From NCBI RefSeq assembly GCF_009914755.1, contig NC_060943.1: 64,000 nucleotides of DNA, one strand, 5' to 3'. The notes beneath the pieces were generated by a model that searched no databases, was not told the origin of the DNA, and worked only from the letters and a program-made list of their open reading frames with translations. Of the stretch, positions 52,430 to 64,000 are shown piece by piece. Positions within the stretch are counted from its first letter, which is position 1. The number at the start of each line of letters is the position of its first letter. A program made the translations under genes and the position numbers. This DNA comes from the human T2T-CHM13v2.0 reference genome, Homo sapiens.

Positions 52430-53520
52430 ATGAAATATGAAAAATTTAGCACACAGATCACCATATGTTTCCTCATCTATAAATAGTGATAGATAGTAAC
52501 ACCTTCCTTATAGGTCTCTGTGAAAATATTTAAGGATAATGTATGTAAAACTGTTTATTACCAGGCAGGTTGGAAAGTAATGTCCCATTCATTTGTCCAC
52601 TAGGATGGCCATAGGGTTTTTGGTTTTTTTTCCTTTTAATTCTTGAATTCCAGAGTCTTCAAATACATTCCATTGTTGTAAAGTGAATCATATTCACATT
52701 TTTTCCCTAGAGTTTAGCGATTCCTTTTGCATACAAATTCAGGCTGTATGTGTTCACACATAGATCTCAAATAACATCTTAATTTTCACAACGAAAAGCT
52801 CCCTTCCTCACCCTGTAGCCTGGCTCCTAGAAGCAACTTTTTTTTTTTTCTGATAGTAATTACATATTTGTAAGTTAGGTATTTATACTGCTTTTTCATT
52901 TATCAGCTTTAAACTATATTGAATTACTTTCTTCTCCGAAACAATTAGCACATAACTCTTACGTACTGTAAAACTAATTTTCCTCACCAAACATAATCAT
53001 TTAAGGAATCTGGATAAATCAAAATTCAATGTTTATCATTTTATGACATCAATATTTACCATTTGTAGCATCTAAACCTTAGCCAGACATGTAACAAGTA
53101 GTATGTCATTAATAATTTTTTCTCATTTTTTCTTTTGATCTCTTAAATTTTAAAATTTCCTTTTTTATTTCTTCCTATGAATCCAACACCTATTTTCTCC
53201 ACCAGAAATGTAGTTCTCTTTTCAGTAGATCCAGATGTGCACTAGACAATTAATCAGCTTTGGCTTTCACTTGGAGACATCCCTCCCTAGTCCTCCCTCC
53301 CCTCGTCCCCCTCTGGATGGGAGAAATATGCATACATGATCCCATTTTTGAAAGAAATTAGGAAGCTCAAAATCACACAAAAAGGCTGGGTGTGGTGTGG
53401 CTCACACCTGTAATCTCAGCACTTTGGGAGGCCGAAGTGGGGTATGACTTGAGGCCATGAGTTCTAGACCATCCTGGGCAACACAGACCTCCTCTCTACA
53501 AACAAATACAAAAATAGTCA

Positions 53521-53688
<168 letters not shown>

Positions 53689-53929
53689 CTAAATGTGTGG
53701 CTATATCATTTTAACAGGCGGTGAATGTGGAGAAATGACTGAAGAAAACTTTAAAGAGTTCATTTTGCATCCTGCTACCTGAACAGTTTTAAAATCCACA
53801 AAAAGCCCTACACCCAAAAACTGACCTCCACCAAGTCTTGTCCTCTCAGCCTACTAGCTCAACCCCATTCCATGCCCCACCACTGCCTTATCTTGTCCAC
53901 ATACTCGCCCACCAAACCTGGTATTAACC

Positions 53930-54740
53930 CACAGCAAGATCCGCCCATCAAACCTAATGCCCGCCCACAACCTCGCCCCGGAACTTAGTCTCTGTCCTGA
54001 CAGCCCCGCCCCCATGCCTGGTACCGCCCACGGTCCCGCCCCAGAACTTCTCCCCACCCCCGGAGCTGATCTCCACCCACACTCAGCCCTGCCTCCAGGC
54101 CTGGTACCGCCCACAGCCCCGCTCCAGAATTGGTCCCCGCCCCCGGAACTGGTCCCCGTCAACACTCAGGCCCGCCTCCAGGCCTGGTACCGCCCACAGC
54201 CCCGCTCAAGAGCTAGTTCCGCCCCCAACCCTGCCACAGACCCGCGCCAGGACGACCCTGCCTCCGCGGCTGTCCCTAGCCAGGGCCCAACCTGGTTCTA
54301 TTAATAACTAAGCAAACTAGAACACCTCAGCCGGAGGCTGGGGTGCGCGGCTGCTGCACCTGCAGCCTGAACCCGGGGGTCCTGACACGCCGCATTTTGG
54401 GCTGGGACCAGCTGGAGCCGGAAGCGGAGGTGCAGTGTGGCTAGCCGGAGACCGGAAGCGGAAGCGCGCTTGTGTCTTGTGAGAAGAGCCGCGCTTGCAG
54501 CGTCTGGGAGAATCTTTCGGTCTCCGCGAGAGGTGCTTCATTCCGTGAGTCCGAGTCCAGAGAGGGGCCCCAGCCGCGGGCCTGCGTCCCTCCCGGGAGC
54601 CGGGTTTCCGCCCCTGAGGCCTCGGGCTGTGCGCTCAGTTCAGCCCGAAGCTGCTGTTTCCTCCGGTGTCCGGGCCCCGCGCCCCTGTCATCCTCACTCT
54701 GTCGTCCTCACCCTGTCGCCCTCACCCGGGGCGATTCTGC
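53930..54740 (+). promoter_or_regulatory. ZNF557: CpG-island promoter of ZNF557 with GC boxes and tandem ETS/GABPA sites (ACCGGAAGCGGAAG at 54451)
   Basis: High CpG/GC content, CCGCCC repeats and CCGGAAG motifs, followed by the donor TTCC|GTGAGT at 54544/54545. Confidence 0.8.
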
Positions 54741-55424
54741 GCCCCAGGGGACTTTTGGCTATAGTTGGAGACGGTTTGGGATGTCACAAAATGGAGGGTA
54801 GGAGGGACTGTGCTACTACTGTAATCTAGAGGGTGGAGGCCAGGGATGCTAGCAGCTCAGCATCCTGCAGCGCGTAAAGCAGCCGCCGCCAGCAAAGACT
54901 CATCCAGCCCCAAATGTCATTAGTGCCCAGGTTGGGAAACCCTGCTGGAGGGCATTAAAATCTCTGCAGTCCTGAATACACTGTAGAAATTATTTAGAAT
55001 TCAGCCGAGTCCACTTATAAGGCCTAAAGTGACGAATTTAAAGCATCTGGAGTCACCATACAATCTCCAGCCAAATGAGTTAAGCAAGTCAGATGAAAAC
55101 AGCTTTAAGCTTCTTGTCCCATTTTAGGGACCAGATGGCTGGATAGGAATCTGGTGAATTCAGGCACAGCCAGTAGCCTGGGTTCTTATTCTTTAAATCA
55201 ATTTTTTTTAAGTGAATGGGGTGGTCTTTCTATGCAACAACTGTATTAGTCTCAGTAAATACATTTTACTATACGTACATATTACTCCCTACAAAAGGCC
55301 TCATAAGCGATTTTTGTGCCCTTTTTATTTAGACGAAAAAAGTATAATTCAAGCTCAGATTTGTGTTGAAACCAGCCTCAAGTTTCACCTATCCTCACTG
55401 ATCCGTGGACTTCTGTATGATCAG
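54440..55424 (+). other. ZNF557: Probable non-coding 5' exons of ZNF557 (exon 1 ~54440-54544; exon 2 55333-55424)
   Basis: Donor GTGAGT at 54545, acceptor CTTTTTATTTAG ending 55332, donor CAG|GTAGGT at 55425. The TSS position is approximate. Confidence 0.55.
54713..54944 (+). mobile_element. MER20 (hAT-Charlie) element
   Basis: GGGGCGATTCTGCGCCCCAGGGGAC...GGCCAGGGATGCT...CCCCAAATGTCATTAGTGCCCAGGTTGGGAAACCCTG matches my recollection of the MER20 consensus. Confidence 0.75.
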
Positions 55425-55509
55425 GTAGGTACCGTGTAGAACCTGCAAGTTGCAAGACTCCACTGTGTAGAAAACCTGTGAATGGATTTTTCCTGTGTTC
55501 AGGTTGTAA

Positions 55510-55794
<285 letters not shown>

Positions 55795-56069
55795 TAAAGT
55801 GCTGGGATTACAGGTGTGAGCCACGAGTGAGGGTATCTTAAAAATTATTTGTTTGATGCCTTATATTCAAGAGAAGGATACTAAGGGGTGTGTGATAATG
55901 TGTGTCAAAATAAGTCAGTAAATACAGCTATATGCAAATCAGTACACAAAACATGTAAACACTATTTAAAAGTTTTTTTTTCAACCTTCCAAGACATCTC
56001 AATTTTTCTTTTATTTTTTTCTTTTCCTAACAGGCCTGCCAGCCTGTAGACTTATGCTGTATAATAAGG

Positions 56070-56262
56070 TAGCTGCTGGTCCATGCGGTTGTTTTAATTT
56101 AAATGTAGACCAATTAAGATTCCATAAAATTTTAAATTCAGCTTCTCAGTCGCACTAACCACATTTCAAGTGCTTGACAGCGACATGTGGTTAATGCCCC
56201 TATTGAACAGCAAAGATTAAGATCATTTCCATCATCCCAGAAAGCCCTGCTGGGCGGCATTG
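56070..56262 (-). mobile_element. MER3-like DNA element
   Basis: CACATTTCAAGTGCT...ACATGTGG...CATTTCCATCATCCCAGAAAG motif pattern. Confidence 0.55.
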
Positions 56263-56412
56263 TTCTAGTCTCTTCCCATCTGTCCATTGCAATGAAGCCA
56301 GAACGGCTATTGTAAAAGATAATTTGTGGCCAGGAGCAGTGGCTCAAGCCTGTCTGTAATCCCAGAACTTTGGGAGGCCGAGGTAGGTGGATCACCTGAG
56401 GTCAGGAGTTCA

Positions 56413-56649
<237 letters not shown>

Positions 56650-56683
56650 TCACGAGGTCAGGAGATCGAGACCATCCTGGCTA

Positions 56684-57331
<648 letters not shown>

Positions 57332-57881
57332 TTATTTGTCCACATGCTCCAAACTGTGAACTTGGCTTCCTAAGCAGCTTGCTTTCCTGCCTCTGCACGT
57401 GCACTTTCCACTGAGCAAGACCCTACCTCGACTCTCAAGACTCAATTCAAATGTTCTTAGTGTTTTTCCTTCCAAGGCTTCCCAGTCCCCTTCTTCCCAG
57501 ATCCTGGGTTGGATGCCATGTGCCCCTCTGCCATATCACATATCACTCTGAAATGCAGCAGCAGGTCTGTGTGTGTGTCCTGCTCCCAGAAAGCCAGTTC
57601 TTAGATGACAGGGATCTTCCTCCCCTCCATCTCCGGCACTCAGCTGGGGGCAGGTATCAATAAAACGTGAATGAGGGGTCAACGTCGGGACCCTAGGGCT
57701 GCAGAAGGGATTTGAGAGGAATAACTGGGTGAGGAAATGCTATGCCTGGTTTGGACTTGGGAGGGAAGAGGGGGCGACCCACCAGGGGCTCACCTGTGCA
57801 GAGTTCTCTTCTCTACCGTTTGTGCAACACAGCTGCTGGAAGAGCCCACTCACAAACAAGTATAAATACATGGAACTGTAG

Positions 57882-58220
<339 letters not shown>

Positions 58221-58620
58221 TAATACAGATTTTCTTGCATGTCATAATACTAAAACTTTCAGGCTTTTACATATAAGTACAAATATATAAACTTTTCACA
58301 TGTATATGTGAATTTTGGGGGTTCTGTTAACACCACAGAGACCAGATGTCAGAGACACTTGGCAGCTGTATTAACTGGAGGGTGGGGGCTGTGAGGCTGC
58401 AGGCAGGAATGGGAAAGAGCCTCCCATCTCTGCTTGGCTCCAAGTACCAGCGAACAACTGGCCTGTGGGGAATGGCTCTCCATTCAGTCCTCTCCCAATC
58501 CTTCTCTCCCCGGAGATTGGGGGTATGGGGGTCACCCAGGATAAATTCCCTGGGCAAGAGATCTAGAAGGAAGCCAGGGCCTGAATGCTACATCTCAATA
58601 CAAATTCCTAGAGAGACTGA

Positions 58621-58974
<354 letters not shown>

Positions 58975-59089
58975 TAGCCAGGATCGTCTCGATCTCCTGA
59001 CCTCGTGATCCGCCCGCCTCGGCCTCCCAAAGTGCTGGGATTATAGACAGGAGCCACCGCGCCCGGCCAGCCGCTTTCATCTTTGTGTG

Positions 59090-59128
<39 letters not shown>

Positions 59129-59464
59129 CCCTTCTTTTCTCATAAAAAAGGAAACATTCCATATATGCTATTTGGTACTTTTTTTTCCCCTTAAATTTAC
59201 TGACGATAATAACCTCTATTGATATCTAGAGATCTTCTCTCTTTTTTTTTTAATGGGTGCACTGTAATGCCACAGTGAATAATCTTACACAGCTTTTACA
59301 TTTGTGTATCTTACAGATTGATTCTTAGAAGTTGCAGGAACCTAGGGTCTCTGATAGAAAATGGCTGGAGCTCTGCTGGGCTGGCATGAGAGTGGGGAGT
59401 GGGGAGGAGGAAATCAACTGAAATGAGGGGTAGTGACATCTGAGCTGGGTGAGGTGGAAACCAG

Positions 59465-59741
59465 GAGGAGGGGGTGGTCAAGGCAGATCACAGGCTGGAG
59501 AGGGGGTGACCGAGGCAGGGCACGGGCTGGAGGGGGGTGACCGAGGCAGGGCACGGACTGGAGGGGGGGTGTGACCGAGGCAGGGCACGGGCTGGAGAGG
59601 GGGTGACCGAGGCAGGGCACGGGCAGGAGAGGGGGTGACCGAGGCAGGGCACGGGCAGGAGACGGGGTGACCGAGGCAGGGCACGGGCAGGAGACGGGGT
59701 GACCGACGCAGGGCACGGGCTGGAGGGGGTGACCGAGGCAG
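59465..59741 (+). repeat. G-rich minisatellite, ~31-bp unit GGTGACCGAGGCAGGGCACGGGCTGGAGAGGG, about 8-9 copies
   Basis: Tandem units read directly; the array ends ~20 bp before the acceptor at 59764. Confidence 0.9.
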
Positions 59742-59843
59742 AGTGTTCCCCCCATTTCTTCCAGGGTGCTGTCCTGAGAGCGCTGCGGGATAAAGGAGGA
59801 GCGTCCTGCTTCCCGGCTGCCCTGTTGCTGTCGGAGTCACAGG

Positions 59844-61305
<1,462 letters not shown>

Positions 61306-61329
61306 TAATGACTCAGGAAGTCAGTCTTT

Positions 61330-64000
<2,671 letters not shown>

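Noticed and set aside
53854-54829. ORFs of 74-130 aa around the CpG island
   Set aside because: Stop-poor GC-rich promoter and MER20 sequence with no recognisable domain.
59465-59741. CRISPR-like repeat array
   Set aside because: Head-to-tail units with no unique spacers, in a mammalian intron; this is a minisatellite.

Overview
Primate (almost certainly human, 19p13.2) genomic DNA, dense in Alu and L1. Positions ~3.3-43 kb hold five two-exon MBD3L2-family genes in orientation -,+,-,+,-. From recalled gene order these are MBD3L2B, MBD3L5, MBD3L4, MBD3L2 and MBD3L3; the individual symbols are less certain than the family call. Each gene has a compact promoter: CCAAT, GC/GT box, TAATCC, an 11-bp DUX4-type motif, then TATA. 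The cluster is built from nested inverted and direct segmental duplications. A ~32-kb near-perfect palindrome (arms ~3446-18736 and ~20416-35713) is centred on a ~1.7-kb almost pure A/T quasi-palindromic tract. A second palindrome surrounds a flipped copy of that tract, an ~11-kb direct repeat ends exactly at a third 2.4-kb A/T tract, and remnants of an older head-to-head duplication remain. To the right are a solo LTR13 with a 6-bp TSD and the 5' part of the KRAB zinc-finger gene ZNF557. The genes themselves are known, so I cannot claim a new gene system. The most interesting candidates are the palindrome/AT-spacer architecture, gene-conversion boundaries, copy-specific promoter and 3'-end lesions, and possible DUX4-inducible hairpin RNA. 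Almost all other ORFs in the track are repeat-derived or antisense/alternative-frame shadows.
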